A stretch of DNA of 64,000 bases from Botryllus schlosseri. Its lineage: Eukaryota. The stretch covers positions 8,804,001 to 8,868,000 of the forward strand of contig CM119373.1 of the NCBI GenBank assembly GCA_051294905.1. Reading direction: 5' to 3'. The notes beneath the pieces are model-generated. The model was not told the origin of the DNA, did not search any database, and saw only the letters and a program-made list of their open reading frames with translations. Below are positions 1 through 13,336 of this stretch, piece after piece. The position numbers were made by a program, and so were the translations under genes. The number at the start of each line of letters is the position of its first letter. The first letter of the stretch is position 1.

Positions 1-496
1 CGGAAAGTGTCCTGATTCTCGGATCTTACAATCATCTACATTTGGCAAAATGCTTTTTAATGAAGAGTTGGACTTGCCTTCAGATAAAGTTCTAGCTGGT
101 CAGACCGAATCTGTTCCACCAGTGTTTATTGGGGACGAGGCGTTCCCTTTAAGGCGGAATCTACTCCATCCTTATTCCATCCTTATTCCAGCTCTAATCT
201 GGATGATAAGAAAAGGATTTTCAATTACAGACTTTCTCATGCGCGTCGAGTCGTTGAAATGGCGTTTGGCATTTGGCACAGTCCTTCATAATTTTTTATG
301 CGATGAGAAAATTGGTTTGCCTGAACCTACAGACAATGAAGAATCAGCAAACCTCGCTACAGACTTGACTAGGCTCCGGATAGTGGGGAGACCATACAGT
401 TCTGAAGCTGCAAGAGTCCGCGCTGCCTATGCTGATTACTTCGTGGGTAGTGAAGGATCTGTGCCTTGGCAGTCAGATCATGTCTTTAGAACTTGA
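1..496 (+). pseudogene. PIF/Harbinger (HARBI1-like, DDE_Tnp_4) nuclease, C-terminal part, degenerate
   Basis: Translation has VFIGDEAFPLRRNLLHPY, VLHNFL and a terminal GSVPWQ, typical of Harbinger nucleases. It closely parallels the copy at 57457-58610. Frameshifted, with the 5' part outside the window. Confidence 0.85.
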
Positions 497-650
497 TGGG
501 ACTTCTGATATAGGAGAGCAACACGTGTTTTGTGTTACGTTGCTTTTCAGTCTTATAGTTTATTGTTGCCTTGCATGTTCCTGACATTTACGAATACACT
601 GGTTTCTTAGTTTCACAAGATTTATTCAGAGTTAATTGAGACAGACGTGT

Positions 651-1884
651 CTAGTCGTTCGCTTCAATATCCCCCTCCATTAGCTCTGTCATGAGCTTCC
701 ATACTTGAACATTAAATTTCATCTGCCTTTGAGGGCTCAAAGAGGATACTTTAAATTTTATCTGCCTTTGAGGGCTCAAAGAGGATAGAGGGCTGGCCAA
801 GCCCCGTAAAAAGACCATCGCAGCGCTATTCTGCTCACATTGTTGCGGACGATCTGGAAAATGAAACATTTGATTTGATGAGCACTTAACGATGTGGTAA
901 AAGTAGTTAATGTTGCTATTCAAGTAGAAGTTGAAGTAGTCCGGTTGGATAAGTAATGAAAATATGTGACAAATAGCACTACTTGAGTACTCTGAAAAGA
1001 TAGAAGTAGCCTACTCACTGATGAATAGAGCACGCATAAGTTGGAAGACTCCCTTAGACTGTTTATTGCTCCCAAAATTTGTGTCAAATCTTGGTCATCA
1101 GTTGTCTTTCGCTTCTTGGTTGACGGCTCAGGAGCAGCGAGTGGTGGGTCAGCTGTACCCTCTAGCAGAAACTCGTCATTCTGATCAGGACCCAGTGCCG
1201 ATAAATCCAATGTTGTATATTCTGGGTTAGCTATAGGTATAGGGTGGTAAATATGACGCGTCAAATTGATTTTTATTGAGCTTGAAAACTACGAACCTGG
1301 GAAGCCATCGGATAGAATTGAACATCCCGCATCTGAATGTTCATTGTCGGATATTGCACTAAAATTATTTCGAGAGTTGTATTACAAACGAATGCTGCAA
1401 TCTTACTCCGACTGTACCTTGAATTCAGCACTACGGCACTTCGCTTACTGCTGAAATTCGAAGTAGTTCTGACAAAAAAAATGAAATGATATCGATTGAT
1501 ATTATTGACATTTTTGCAAAGTCACTTTCTATTCGTCGTATGCGGACGCAGGAACTCGAGCCGCGGCATCATCTCCCACTCAGCGCAGCAGTTTCTTCCC
1601 GATCCAGACCGGTTGTTCTTCTTTTCTTTGTCCAACTCTCTTCGATATTTATCCCGTACTGCCCGCCATCTTTTCTTGCAATCTTCCACAGAAAGAAGCA
1701 AAACTTTGTATGCATACGGCGGTACCGTAGTGCGATAAAAGAAGCACTCACCAGTAGTTTTTAATGAATCGGCTATGTTTCTCCATGCATTATCCTTGCG
1801 AACTGTGTCCCTATACGCACTGATGCCCATGTTGTACAGACACTCATATGCCCTAATTTCCACAATTAATTGCTCTTCCTCCAT
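651..1884 (-). pseudogene. MADF-BESS DNA-binding partner gene of a Harbinger element, convergent with the nuclease at 1-496
   Basis: N-terminal MADF (LIVEIRAYECLYN...KDNAWRNIA...CKKRWRAVRDKYRRE) with a short intron whose acceptor appears mutated. C-terminal BESS-like motif FLRGLASPLSSLSPQRQxKFKVQVWKLM carries a 39-bp tandem duplication at about 714-790. Confidence 0.8.
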
Positions 1885-3087
1885 CTTCCTTCAGGTCGCA
1901 GCTTCGTAGCAATACAACTTTCTCGCGCGCTTTTCGCGACTATTCTGCACCATTGTCTCGAACCGCGTGGTGGCGCCAGTGCTAGCGATCACTGTCACGG
2001 TAGGGCGGTTCAAAAATAACATTTTTCCTTAATCTTGCGGGCTACATGATTAAGTCGTCAGGTTACCTCAGCGTGTCTGGATCATTGGCTATATGGTACC
2101 CAACACAGTGACGTTGAAAATATACGAAATATACATAGGACATTATTCGACAAGTATCACATAAATGTTTAAAGATCGCGCTAATGCGATCGCAATCATA
2201 ATTTATTCCCTTAGCGACCTATATGTTTGAGTTGCGACCCATAATTTAAGGACCCCTGCTATAAATAATTATACCCTAATACGTTCCACGGTTGTTCGAG
2301 TTCAACGGAGGTGGACTCTCAAATCCCTCTAAATGTTAGAAGTTTATCGATGCTCCTCCTCGCTACGTAATCTGCGTGGTGGGTACCGTGTATAAGTCTG
2401 CATCCCAGGTATCGTAATACTAAATATCGGTCTAGTGTAAATGAACATATAGAAGTCGAAACAGCATGATCTGTTTGGAAAAATTTTCATATGGATCTTT
2501 TCCAAACTTGATTCCTCACATCACGAACCTATGTAGCTACGCTACACGCATATGCATCAGGATTATCCAGTGACTATATTTGCTTTTGGCCGTTACCTTG
2601 TCATTGAAAACATAAAATCTGGATGATTCATAATTATTATCGATTAGAATTTAGCGACGACAGAGAAGTCATTGAACTATGGGTAGCGGTGATAAGAGTA
2701 ATCAACGTTGCTACTCAAGTAGTACAAGTAGCGACTTCTAACTTGGTAAAAAGTCAGTAATCTAGGCCTGTTTTGACTCGAAATCTGTTCAAGTAGAAGT
2801 AGGGAGAAAATGCGACCAGTAGGCTAGTGCGTGTCGATAAAATGTACTAGAAGTTGAAGTGAACGAACTTCGCCATTTGATCGCCTATTACTACGGGTTA
2901 GAGATGTCATTGAAAGGACACCAACGAGAGTTCATCGGTGTGTTTTTCTGTCACTAATCTTCACTGCGGCGTTGCCCCCTAGTTGAGTGCGTATGTGGCT
3001 TAATCCACCGATCGAAAACAAAATACGTCACAATGTTCACCGTACGTATTTAAATACCATGCCGCGCGACCGAGTAACATTGAGTTA

Positions 3088-3995
3088 ATGATGGCGGGGG
3101 CGAACGTATATCCGAGTCTTTCTGAAGTAAATTTGAGGGAGCTGAGCTTGGCGACAATCGACAAGGCAAGCGCAATTGCTTGATGCCGACAGGACGGGCT
3201 GCTTGCGAAACAAATGCGATGCCCCAAATGCAATGGCGATATGGCAGAATACGAGAGGGACACAAAAGTCGGATTCCGTTGGCAATGCCGAGACCGTGAC
3301 TGCAAAACGCCATTGAAAATTGTGAAAACAGTTTTTCGAGGGAACCAGATTTGAACTTCAAACCACCGTCGAATTGCTGTATATATACTCGTACGAAATA
3401 GCGTCGTACAAACATGTTAGACGGGAGTGCGGGATCTCTAGCGATGAGACCATCTGTAACTATCGCAACTACGTCCGAGACATATACGCTGAATATTTCG
3501 TGGACAATCCACTTCAATTAGGCGGCCCTGGAAGAGTCGTTGAAATCGACGAGTCGGCCTTTGTTCGCAGAAAGCATAATGGTGGAAGACGAGTCAAGAC
3601 GCAGTGGGTGATCGGGGGCATCGACGTTGAATCGAAAGAGGGATTCCTGGTGGAAGTCGAGAGACGAGATGCTGGTACTCTTTTGCCCATCATACAACAT
3701 TATATCTTGCCCGGAACGACTGTCATATCAGATCTCTGGGCAGCGTACAATACGGTGGGCAATTTGGGTTACCAGCATCTCACAGTAAACCACCGATTAA
3801 ACCTTGTGGACCCCGTCACCCACGCAACGACAAACCACCTGGAATCAATGTGGGCTCGGGCAAAACAGAGAAATAAGCGGGACTTATCGCACTCTCCTGG
3901 ATACGTACTTATTTGAATTCATGTGGCGCCTCAAATTCGGCGACGATCCATTTTAGAATTTGATAAATCAAATTCGCACTTGTTATCCTGTTTGA
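3088..3995 (+). pseudogene. Merlin (ISXO2/IS1595-like) transposase, degenerate
   Basis: N-terminal Zn ribbon CPKC...WQCRDRDC, then GGPGRVVEIDES, WVIGG, TTVISDLWAAY, VNHRLNLVDPVTHATTNHLESMW, YLFEFMWR. One stop codon and two frameshifts. Confidence 0.9.
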
Positions 3996-4116
3996 ATATA
4001 TACCTATTTTACAACCATGATTTACATTGTATTTTTTCGTTGGTTTTGCTACATTTATTTTATTTCATTCGTTTTATACACATGGGGGTAAACAACACAA
4101 TGCGTGAATTGTACCG

Positions 4117-4470
4117 TCACGAGTGCTCCTCAGACAGACATGTGCAATGTGCATACAGTGACAGATAGCGGTATATTGATATCAGAGCAGGGGCTACCAA
4201 CTCAAAAATGGTAAAGGGACACTTTTTCAACTTGGTAATCACCGCCGGCAGCACCATGTCAGTTCCAAGTAATACGTTAGCTAAGGTTCTACGATACAGC
4301 ATCACTCGGGTACCAAATCGTTCCTCCACAGCCTTCATTTTGATCACTCGATTATATTTGGAGCAGTCTTGTAATGAACTAGAACCCATCATACCCCGTG
4401 CGCGAAGGGAATATTCGATACTTTCTGTCTTGGCAATTGGAAATGATGTATCTTTCAAGCAGATGCTAAA
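4117..4470 (-). pseudogene. Possible C-terminal remnant of a THAP (P-element-like) transposase
   Basis: Same strand as the THAP fragment and downstream of it. Only loose resemblance to P-element C-terminal regions. Confidence 0.25.
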
Positions 4471-4704
4471 GGGTGCTGAATGTAATGAATGAATGATTGT
4501 TCACAACCCCACGCCAAAGGTACAATCGGTCAAGATATACGCCAGAGATTATCGTATAAGTTATCTAATATATCTGGGTGAGGAGAAAATAGTACAAAAT
4601 AGGGAACACAGTTGTTTACAACGTGAAACATTATAAATTTCGATATGTTCATGGAGAGCATGAATTGGTGGTGATCATGGTGAACACTTCTTGATGTCTA
4701 CCTA

Positions 4705-4863
4705 CTATCGAAGAAGTGCCAAATTCTGTCTCCTGATTCTATCCAGCCACGCTTTCCTCAGTTTTCCATCCCGCGGAAATTTGTGGAAGCTCCTGCCTAT
4801 TCCAGTGTCGTTTACAAAGGTAGAGTTGGCGGTGCACTTATACACGCAACAGTAATGCGGCAT
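4705..4863 (-). pseudogene. Truncated THAP zinc-finger domain (DNA transposon remnant)
   Basis: MPHYCCVYKCTAN...SFHKFPRDGKLRKAWLDRIRR matches the THAP N-terminal signature (CxxxxC, FHxFP, W). It stops before the second C/H ligands. Confidence 0.8.
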
Positions 4864-6198
4864 CCTTGTGAACTGTAGCAAACTTATAAACACACACCGA
4901 TATTGATCCATTGAGATTTGAAATATAATAATTACGCCAGATGGATATGCTAGAATTTATCGCAAAGATAAATTACGTTAACAGACTTGAACCAGAATAG
5001 GCTAACGAGCAAAAACGATGCAAACATTGGTTACCAGGCAAGCCGCTTCCTCAGTATCCACGGGCGTCATGCATCAATGGCTCACTACCTTACCGGCCGT
5101 ATAGGACTATAGATAACTAACCTACGGATAGATACCCGTCGTCACGCTTGCTTGCCCGGAGGAAATTACTGCTCAGCAATCTGAACGCAGCATAATTGCT
5201 AATCCCATAGCTGACGACCCGCGCGCCTAAATTCAATAAAGTTGGTCTTATTTGAAAGCTAATGTCGCACTGATTCCGAAAATATACATTAAAATCTGAT
5301 CAGGGCAATGAAACCCCCTTGAAATACACCTCAAAGTCTGAAAATTTGTTCTGAACAATCGCAACCACGCAAGGACCATTGTATATGTATTATATATATA
5401 TAATATATAGATTTAGTGTCGAATATATTGACAACCATTTCAACAACAATAACAAAAGAACGGTAGGAATGGAGCAAAAATAATACAATAATAATATAAT
5501 ATATATGCTAAATAAAAATTATAGATATAGATATGTAATGTCGTATGGCAGCAATTTCAAAAACACTCACAAAAGAACAGTAGGAATAAAGGAACAATAA
5601 ATATAACATTACTAGATTTAGAAATTCATGGTAGAAATAGTAACCGAATAAGTATTCTCAGTAGTAGTTGAAAAAATCAGCTCCTAGACGGTAGAAAAGC
5701 GGTAATTTATATGTTGTTTCACTTAGGGTGGAGACCAAAAGTCCCGTTAAGCGGCTGTTGGGCGCTTATCGCGGTATTTTAGACTTACCGGTGACCAAAA
5801 GTGTGATTTTGTTAAATCTGCGACCGCTAAACCTCAGATCCTTAAACCACCTACCCTCGCTGGTTTAACTGTTAAGTCGCTCATGTATCGCGGAATGCGG
5901 CACAAGCTCACCTGATCATTTTGTAATTTTAACTGAACGTGTGTGACGTGACAGAGACGAGATCGCATTACGTTGTTATTGTTGTTGTTTCTGGTACGGC
6001 CGCTGGGCCGCAGGTGATCTACACTTCAGACTACAGGAGTCCCGCAGTACTTTCATTTTCTTCAAGTCGACTTTGTTATTATTTAGTTATCATTCTGATA
6101 CCGTAAGCTATCGCACCATCATCCTACGTAGTAGTAGCCTATCATGTATAACAGTTGGATTTGATAATTTCTCAACTCAGGAAGTATATTATAGGTAG

Positions 6199-7218
6199 TT
6201 GGCAGACATGGACGTACTTGAGCTTTTGGATGAATTATGCGAGGAGAGTAGACCGCAACGCTGTTACCTGGTAGATTTGAAGAATCCACTCAAAAAATAT
6301 TCAGATTCGGAGTTCCAAGATCGATTTAGATTTTGCAAGAAATCAACCTTGGATATTTTAGCAGTAATTGAAGGCGATTTAGAACTGAACCAGCACAAGC
6401 ATGCTGTGCCAAAATTACAGCAGCTACTACTGACGTTGCGATTCTATGCAACAGGTCACTTCCAACGTACAGATGGCGACTTGATGGGTGTAAGCCGCCA
6501 AACCGCAGGACGGGTAGTACACAGGATTTCGAGGTGTATTGCGAGACAGAAATATCAATTCAGCAAATTCCCTGTCAATTTAGATAGAACAAAGGCAGAT
6601 TTCTATAAAATCAGTCACTTTCCATCGGTAATTGGTTGCATAGATTGTACTCATATACCCATAGTTTCCCCAGGAGGAGAATCAGCCGAGGTTTATCGTA
6701 ATCGCAAAGGTTGGTTTTCGATTAATGTTCAGGCAGTCTGTGATGCGAGTAGGTCATTTACGAATGTTGTTTGTCGGTGGCCTGGAAGTTGTCATGATAG
6801 TCGGATATTTGAAAATTCAATAATTCGGGACCAATTTGAAGAAGGATTGCATGATGGGTTGCTTTTGGGAGATGGAGGGTATGCATTGCGACCGTATCTG
6901 ATGACTCCAGTGTGTGCACCAGCCACAGAAAAAGAGCGGCATTACAATTATGCTCATGCAAAGACCAGATCGAGGATCGAGCAAAGCTTTGCCAGATCGA
7001 GGATCGAGCAAAGCTTTGGAATTTTGAAGCAGAGATTTCGCTCCCTCCGTACACCTTTACGCATGGCACTAGAGAATTCACACGCAGCTATTGTTGCAAT
7101 CTCCTGCCTACACAACTTTGCCATCGCAACACGTCAACGTCTGGATGATGATGATGATGAGTACTTTGAGGATTTGGTCGAAGCAACAGCTCTGCCCATT
7201 CAACCGCTACAACGTTAG
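6199..7218 (+). CDS. HARBI1-like DDE nuclease (Harbinger transposase), uninterrupted single-exon ORF
   Basis: LRFYATG, IGCIDCTHIPI, YRNRKGWFSINVQAVCD, WPGSCHDSRIF, LLGDGGY, RIEQSFGILKQRFRSL, CLHNF. First ATG at 6208. In-frame 27-bp duplication at about 6964-7018. Confidence 0.93.
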   Translation: MADMDVLELLDELCEESRPQRCYLVDLKNPLKKYSDSEFQDRFRFCKKSTLDILAVIEGDLELNQHKHAVPKLQQLLLTLRFYATGHFQRTDGDLMGVSRQTAGRVVHRISRCIARQKYQFSKFPVNLDRTKADFYKISHFPSVIGCIDCTHIPIVSPGGESAEVYRNRKGWFSINVQAVCDASRSFTNVVCRWPGSCHDSRIFENSIIRDQFEEGLHDGLLLGDGGYALRPYLMTPVCAPATEKERHYNYAHAKTRSRIEQSFARSRIEQSFGILKQRFRSLRTPLRMALENSHAAIVAISCLHNFAIATRQRLDDDDDEYFEDLVEATALPIQPLQR

Positions 7219-7387
7219 GCAGAACTGTTCGAAATCAAATTCTGCAAGAGTACTTTTGAATTACATGTACATATTCTCTATTTGTACTAGGCTATAGCTT
7301 TCAATAGCAGTTCAGTTTTGGTTTATTCTGGAGGTATCAATGTTTATTTTGCCATTATCAACAGTTATCTTAGAAACAACAGGAGAA

Positions 7388-8332
7388 ATGAATAGGAACA
7401 GATATATTAATTACACCCGGAGCGAGAGACAATTGTTGATCGAGTTAATGAAAAAATATAGGGAGCTGGAATGCAAGAAGACTGACAGAGAAAGTCAACA
7501 AAAAAATGCAAAGCATGGGCAGAATTAACTGTAGACTTTAATGCGATGGGCCGAGAGTGTCCTCGTACCACAAAGAACTTGCAATCCTTGTGGAAAAACA
7601 TGAAAACTAAAGCGAAACAAGATAATGCATCAAGCAAACGCGAGCTTAGAAAAACAGGGGGAGGTCTTATGGATTTTGAACCAGATCCATTAAGCAGTGA
7701 AGTTGAAGGTATATGTCAAACAATGTCAGGGATATCCTGAAACTTACGTGTTTAAAATAAAAAGGTTTTATTTCAGCATTAATACCCCAACAGATATCAT
7801 GTCCTACGAATGAATATGACGACGATAATGATACATTCGTCGATGTTTCATGTGAGTATAGTTTCATAGCTATATTGGAAATGTTAAGTAAAGGCCTTGT
7901 CCTTAACTCATTATTCCATTCGTTTACAGTTCAATTGCTTTCCGATGGCCCATTGAATCAAAGTGGGCAAATTTCTGATAGTTTTCTTGGTGTGAGCCAG
8001 ACCAGTGAGCCTCGTACTTCAGGCCACACTCCCGCAGGCTATATGTGTCAGACAGCAGATTGGATTGGTTCAGAAGCTGCAATAACTGGTGGGAAGATTC
8101 TTTATCATCAATAATAGCTTATTGAAGAAATACTTATGTGACAGATGATCGTCCCACACACTCGCGGAGGGGAACAACGATAAAACAAAAAATATTACAG
8201 AGCCAGTTTGCAAACCTCCAGCAAGAAAATAAACTGAGGGAAGAAAGATTGCGTCAAGTTGAACTCCATCGAATACAGTTGGAGTATTATAGGTTTAAAA
8301 TTGATCTAATGAAGTTGCAGTTGGAGAAATGA
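7388..8332 (+). pseudogene. Myb/SANT-like DNA-binding partner gene of the Harbinger element, multi-exon
   Basis: NYTRSERQLLIELMKKY...AWAELTVDFNA...LQSLWKNMKTKAK...RKTGGG, with a C-terminal coiled coil. One-base frameshift in the A-run at about 7500-7506. Confidence 0.85.
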
Positions 8333-9287
8333 ATTCTCTAGCTAAATAGTTTATCTAGCTGTTGATCATATTATTTTACTGTTGTTAATGAGTTTTTCTT
8401 GAATTTGATTAAATTAAATCTATTGACCAATGACAGAGTATCGCTTTCTCTTTTTGGTCGTCAACACGAATATCAGGTAAGAGGGAAATATCACGTCGCA
8501 TCAGCCAGTCGGAAATACCATAGACCTGATAGCTCAATTCTGTATCAGCATGAATATGAGGCAAATACCCCCTCTATCCTGAAGAAATGGTGATGAGACT
8601 AGGCTGCACTTATTCATATATTATTGGTTCAAAACGCTGCAAGAATATGATATAACGTAAAGGTAGATGGAGTGGCAACACTGCTGGTGGCAACTACTTG
8701 GTTATCAAACAGCGATGAAGCAAATCAATTCAAGTTAAAGGACATGTTCCATCCAGTCCATGTTCATGCAGGCGATATCGATCGTATTTTTTCATACAAA
8801 AACAAACAGTGGTATAGTTGAGATGTTCTGGTAAAACGCCGTTTCTACTGTTCACTCGGCCACTCCGGTTAACATCAAGGCGGCCGTCATGGCAACGGCG
8901 TTGCAAGATGACGTATTTCAAGCAGTGCGCAAGCGCGTGGATTCATGAGTCAGCACATTTGTCCAATTTTCAGGTTCCGCTAAACCAGTCACAGTCATCA
9001 ACATTGGTCACCGTTTAGCTAAGAATTTCAGACTGATTTACGTGAGCGGGTTTTCGGCGCTCAGCGTCTGTTTTAAGGTAAAACTTTTGGTCTCCACCAT
9101 TAATATTTGAGCGTGTGGCCAATTTGCCTGCATGACTGTGTGCATTTGATTTCCCCGATACATTTCTTGCATATGCATGCAGTCTTAGTTGAACATATCG
9201 GTGTGCCATTCTAGTAATGGGGGCAGCAGCATGACACGGTGGGATATCGTTCTGTATTACGATCCCAGGCAATTTACTTTATGCAAG

Positions 9288-10369
9288 GTCTCACAGGTTT
9301 TCTTTCCGGTGGTGTTCAACGCGTACGTACTCAATGCAAGACAAAGCACAACCTTCTTTGCGTTTCTTGAATCTTTAAGAAGTTGACACAATGTCTCACT
9401 AATAGGAATACGGTATAAACTGAAATCAAAATACTCCAATAAATACACAATCTAATCCTAACCCTAACTCAAAACTTACCAACTTTCCCGGCTCTACTCT
9501 CACTACAAATTCGCGCTGCTCTACTCTCACTGCAAATTCGCGCCAACTACTATACGAAATGTATCCAGCCGGACATGACGTCAAAGGGTCCTAACTAAAT
9601 GTGAATGATGCACAACTGCACAATCTAAACATAGATACTACGTCTCTAACATGGCTTCCCTAGAAATGGTGCATTTCTAAACACTCAAACGAAACTAACA
9701 CAATATACAAAGTGGCTCCTTGTCGGGAATCAATCCCTATAATTCTCAGACTTGAGGTACAAAATCAATTTTTGGATCGGTCGATCCAATAAAACAGTCT
9801 CAGTCATAGGCCTCCCTCTGTTATCCAATGCATGATTAGCCATTCTGCATTGAACTTTGCGAACATGACCATCTTTACTTGTTTACTACCAAGTGCTGTA
9901 TAGTCCTTAACTTGGCCCAGTCTTTACTGCCAAGTGCCGTAGAATCGTTTGCTTGGCCCAGTCTTTACCGCCAAGTACCGTAAGAATAGTTCACGTGGCC
10001 CAGTGTTTACCGCCAAATGTCTCACAGGGTTGCTTTCCGGTAGTGTTCAACGCCTACTCAATGCAAGACAAAGCACAACCTTCTTTGCGTCTCTTGAATC
10101 TTTAATAAGTTGACACAATGTCTCACTAATAGGAATACGGTAAACTGAAATCAAAATACTCCAATAAATACACAATAAATACACAATCTAATCCTAACCC
10201 TAACTCAAAACTTACCAACTTTCCCGGTTCTACTCTCACTACAAATTCGCGCCAACTACTATATGAAATGTATCCAGCCGGACATGACGTCAAAGGGTCC
10301 TAACTAAATGTGAATGATGCACAACTGCACATTGCACAATCTAAACATAGATACTACGTCTCATAACAT
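9288..10369. repeat. Two ~360-bp direct repeats (9288-9652, 10019-10369) flanking a ~35-bp minisatellite
   Basis: Near-identical text in both copies, including ctaatcctaaccctaactcaaaacttacc. Spacer has cttggcccagtctttactgccaagtgccgtag-type units at about 9880-10015. Confidence 0.85.
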
Positions 10370-11018
10370 TCTGTTTCGGAAGTTTTTCAAATATAAATGG
10401 TCGGGTAAGTTTTCGAACCGTGCGACATATATGTTATTGCGAAAAATTGTTTCGATAACTCGGAAAAACGGAGCTTTTCGGGGTCGGGTGGGTTTAATAT
10501 TCATCCTCAGTGGCTATTGATAAATTTCCATCTTTCTTGTAGGACCGTATGACTGTTAAATTTGAAGAAATGTTAGATGATCGGAGAACCGGCTCCTGTA
10601 CGGAAAATATGCGAGCGGCAAGTCTCGCACTCCGAACGCGTGATTTCTTTAGCGATAACCCAGCCGCAAACGTAATAGTGGGCGTTCGCTTCTCCTTCGT
10701 CCGGTAATTTCAAATTTTCTTCTGCTTCGAGTCCCTCCTGATTTTATTTCAAAGTGCATGATGAAGCATAATAACCGAAGCAAGTAAAGAAGAAATATAG
10801 TGCGTGCCTATATGAATCTTTGATGGCTAGACTTAAGATCTCAAGTCTTACAGGCCCGCACCTCCGCGAGGTTGGCAACACTGGTATACCGTAATCAGTC
10901 TGTCTATATTAATACTCAGGGTGTGATTTTACTAGCAGAATGCCATTGGGAGATACGAGTAAGATAACCACGAGTAAGATAACCAAGGGATTGAGAGACG
11001 GAAGCCTTGAACAGGTAG

Positions 11019-11790
11019 ATGCACACAGCTCTGATAAAAATCACCAAAGTTCAGCTAGGAACTTTTACTGGATGTGATAGGGCAACCAAGAGCTATCAAG
11101 GTTATACTCAGTGTAGAAAGTGCAAAACCATTTATAAACATGACCGTGCTACAAGCGGTACATCGAGACTGCATCAGCACTCAGCTTCATGTCAGAATGA
11201 CACGCAGACGTCTTCGAACTCCACATCTCAAGTGCAGAGTAAGATGATTGCATATATGAAAACCACAAAATTGCCTAAACAAGCAGTGGCATCAATGACA
11301 GGCGCATTTGTGGATTTCAGTGCACACGAGTTGGTTTCTATGAAATCTGCAGAAAGCAAAGGGATGGGTAATCTGATTCAAAAGGCTGTGGAAATTGGTG
11401 CAAAATATGGCAACGCACCTGTAAAAGAAATCTTGCCGTCACGTTTTACCATCAAACGTAGATTCATTGAAAGGTCTCAGTCAGTGAAAGAAAATTTGGT
11501 CAGTACGTGCTGAAAGTCATGTTTAACCATGGTCTGGTAGCGTTCACAATGGATATGTGGACTGACCTTAAAATGAGACACTACATTGCGTTGACTGTCC
11601 ACTATGTTTTTGCGTTGACTATGTTTTTGAAAAATAGATGCAGGGAAAATATCCTGTCAGTGTATGAACTTGAAAGCGATAAAAAGTCTGGGGATAACAT
11701 TAGGAATAGCATCATAAATGTTTGTGAAAGACTGGGAATAATGAAACATGATCTCCTGCAAAAGACTCAAGGCGGCTCCACCCCAAGTGT
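11019..11790 (+). pseudogene. hAT (Hermes/hobo-like) transposase, N-terminal half, truncated
   Basis: BED-like finger CRKCKTIYKH...SGTSRLHQH, LPSRFTIKR, then the first catalytic region VAFTMDMWTD...HYIALTVHY and KKSGDNIR. Frameshifted near 11510. Confidence 0.85.
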
Positions 11791-13336
11791 CTGCTGTCAC
11801 TCATCTGAGTAACGCCTGTTCCTCAAACTCAATTTCGAGATCTTAAGTTCCCGCACGCTTAACTTAACTGAGTACCACTCGACACTCAACTCACTGTGTG
11901 AAAATCCAGAAAGTGGTTGCCAGATTATATTTCGTCGAAATGACGTCATTGTTCAAGGCCGTCGCTAAGGTAACGGCCTTATTTTCGATTGTTGTCGTCC
12001 GCAAAACAGGAATATTCATTATTCTTCTGATAAACGAAGGATATGGCTGGGCTAATTGAAGAACTGGAAATTCTGCAAACTGTTGCGATTCCTCGCAAAC
12101 ACCTCCGGGACGTGAAGCCATTCGTAGAATGGAATGTTAGATAATTAATGATACATTAAAAGGGGACGACGTATTTGTTATCAGGAATAATGGCAATGGC
12201 CAACACTAGGGGGATATTTCAGAAACCCAAATTACGGACACTCTTTAGCGCCCACTAGTGGATTTCAAAATGAGTTATGACGTCATACTAGCAAAGATTT
12301 GCTCAGAGACCAGATGTGCTGGTCACGATCCCGTACAGGAGTGTGTTTATGTGTGTTGTGTAACCGGGTCCGAAACCACATGTTTACAGCCTCCTCTTGC
12401 CTAAATATACAATGATTTTCAGACCACTCTATAGGGTAATCGATGCAACTTCTGGGGGGGGGGGGGTGTTGCTATATGAATCTGGTTTATATATGCACCT
12501 GGTCGTTACATTATTTGAATGAATTCTGTCAGTAGTATTGGTCATTCCATATATTACTATATAGCTACTGCTCTCCGCCCACATGATCAGAGTTAGCGTT
12601 AGTGATGGTGAGTTCGAAAATACAGGGAACGTAATTGCACATGGTTAAGTCATGTTCGTGTCCTACCGATAAGATTGTTTATCAGCCTTATGCCGGTGCG
12701 CACCACGGAGCTTTATAAACACCCAACATCCAGTGGTTTTTAAACCTTTTATCGTCGCGACTCTATCTCCAATTTGATAAAGTTTCGCGGCCCGGATCAA
12801 AATTTGACGAGCAGATTACTAAAAGAAATCAGCACTTTTGCCCAGACTTACTCACGGGCTATTTTGAAAGCTGACTACATTCAACATATTCGCAAACCCC
12901 AGAATAAAGGCAGACGACCCCCCTCGTTTGGAACCACTGTCTTTGAATCAAGCATTTAAACGGTTTTAACGATATCTAGGAATATACCGTTGTCCTATAA
13001 TTGCGATTACAATTAGGATTATTCCAGTAAATGAAGGTTGTTTTTATTTATATTTTATGGCAGCTTTTGCGAGGGTGGTAGTCTCCATATTTAAAATCAA
13101 TAAATGTGATAGTAAATCGCGCGCAGCGCGAAGAACAATATCATGCATCGGCATGAATATTCCCCCAAAATATTGTTTTTATGCTGATTTAGGAAAGAGT
13201 TATGACTTATGAGCGTAGGTCAAGTCCTCAAAATTCCGGACATTCGGCATATTTTAGAAATTCCTCTCGGACGCTAGTTTGAACAGTGAAATTCCGGACG
13301 TAAAGCAACCCTAGCTACACCCATTGCTGCTATTAA

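Larger units (their letters stand above)
5726..9099 (+). mobile_element. Full-length PIF/Harbinger DNA transposon
   Basis: 17-bp TIRs gggtggagaccaaaagt (5726-5742) and acttttggtctccacca (9083-9099, terminal mismatch), flanked by a TTA TSD. Contains nuclease and Myb/SANT genes in tandem. Confidence 0.9.
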
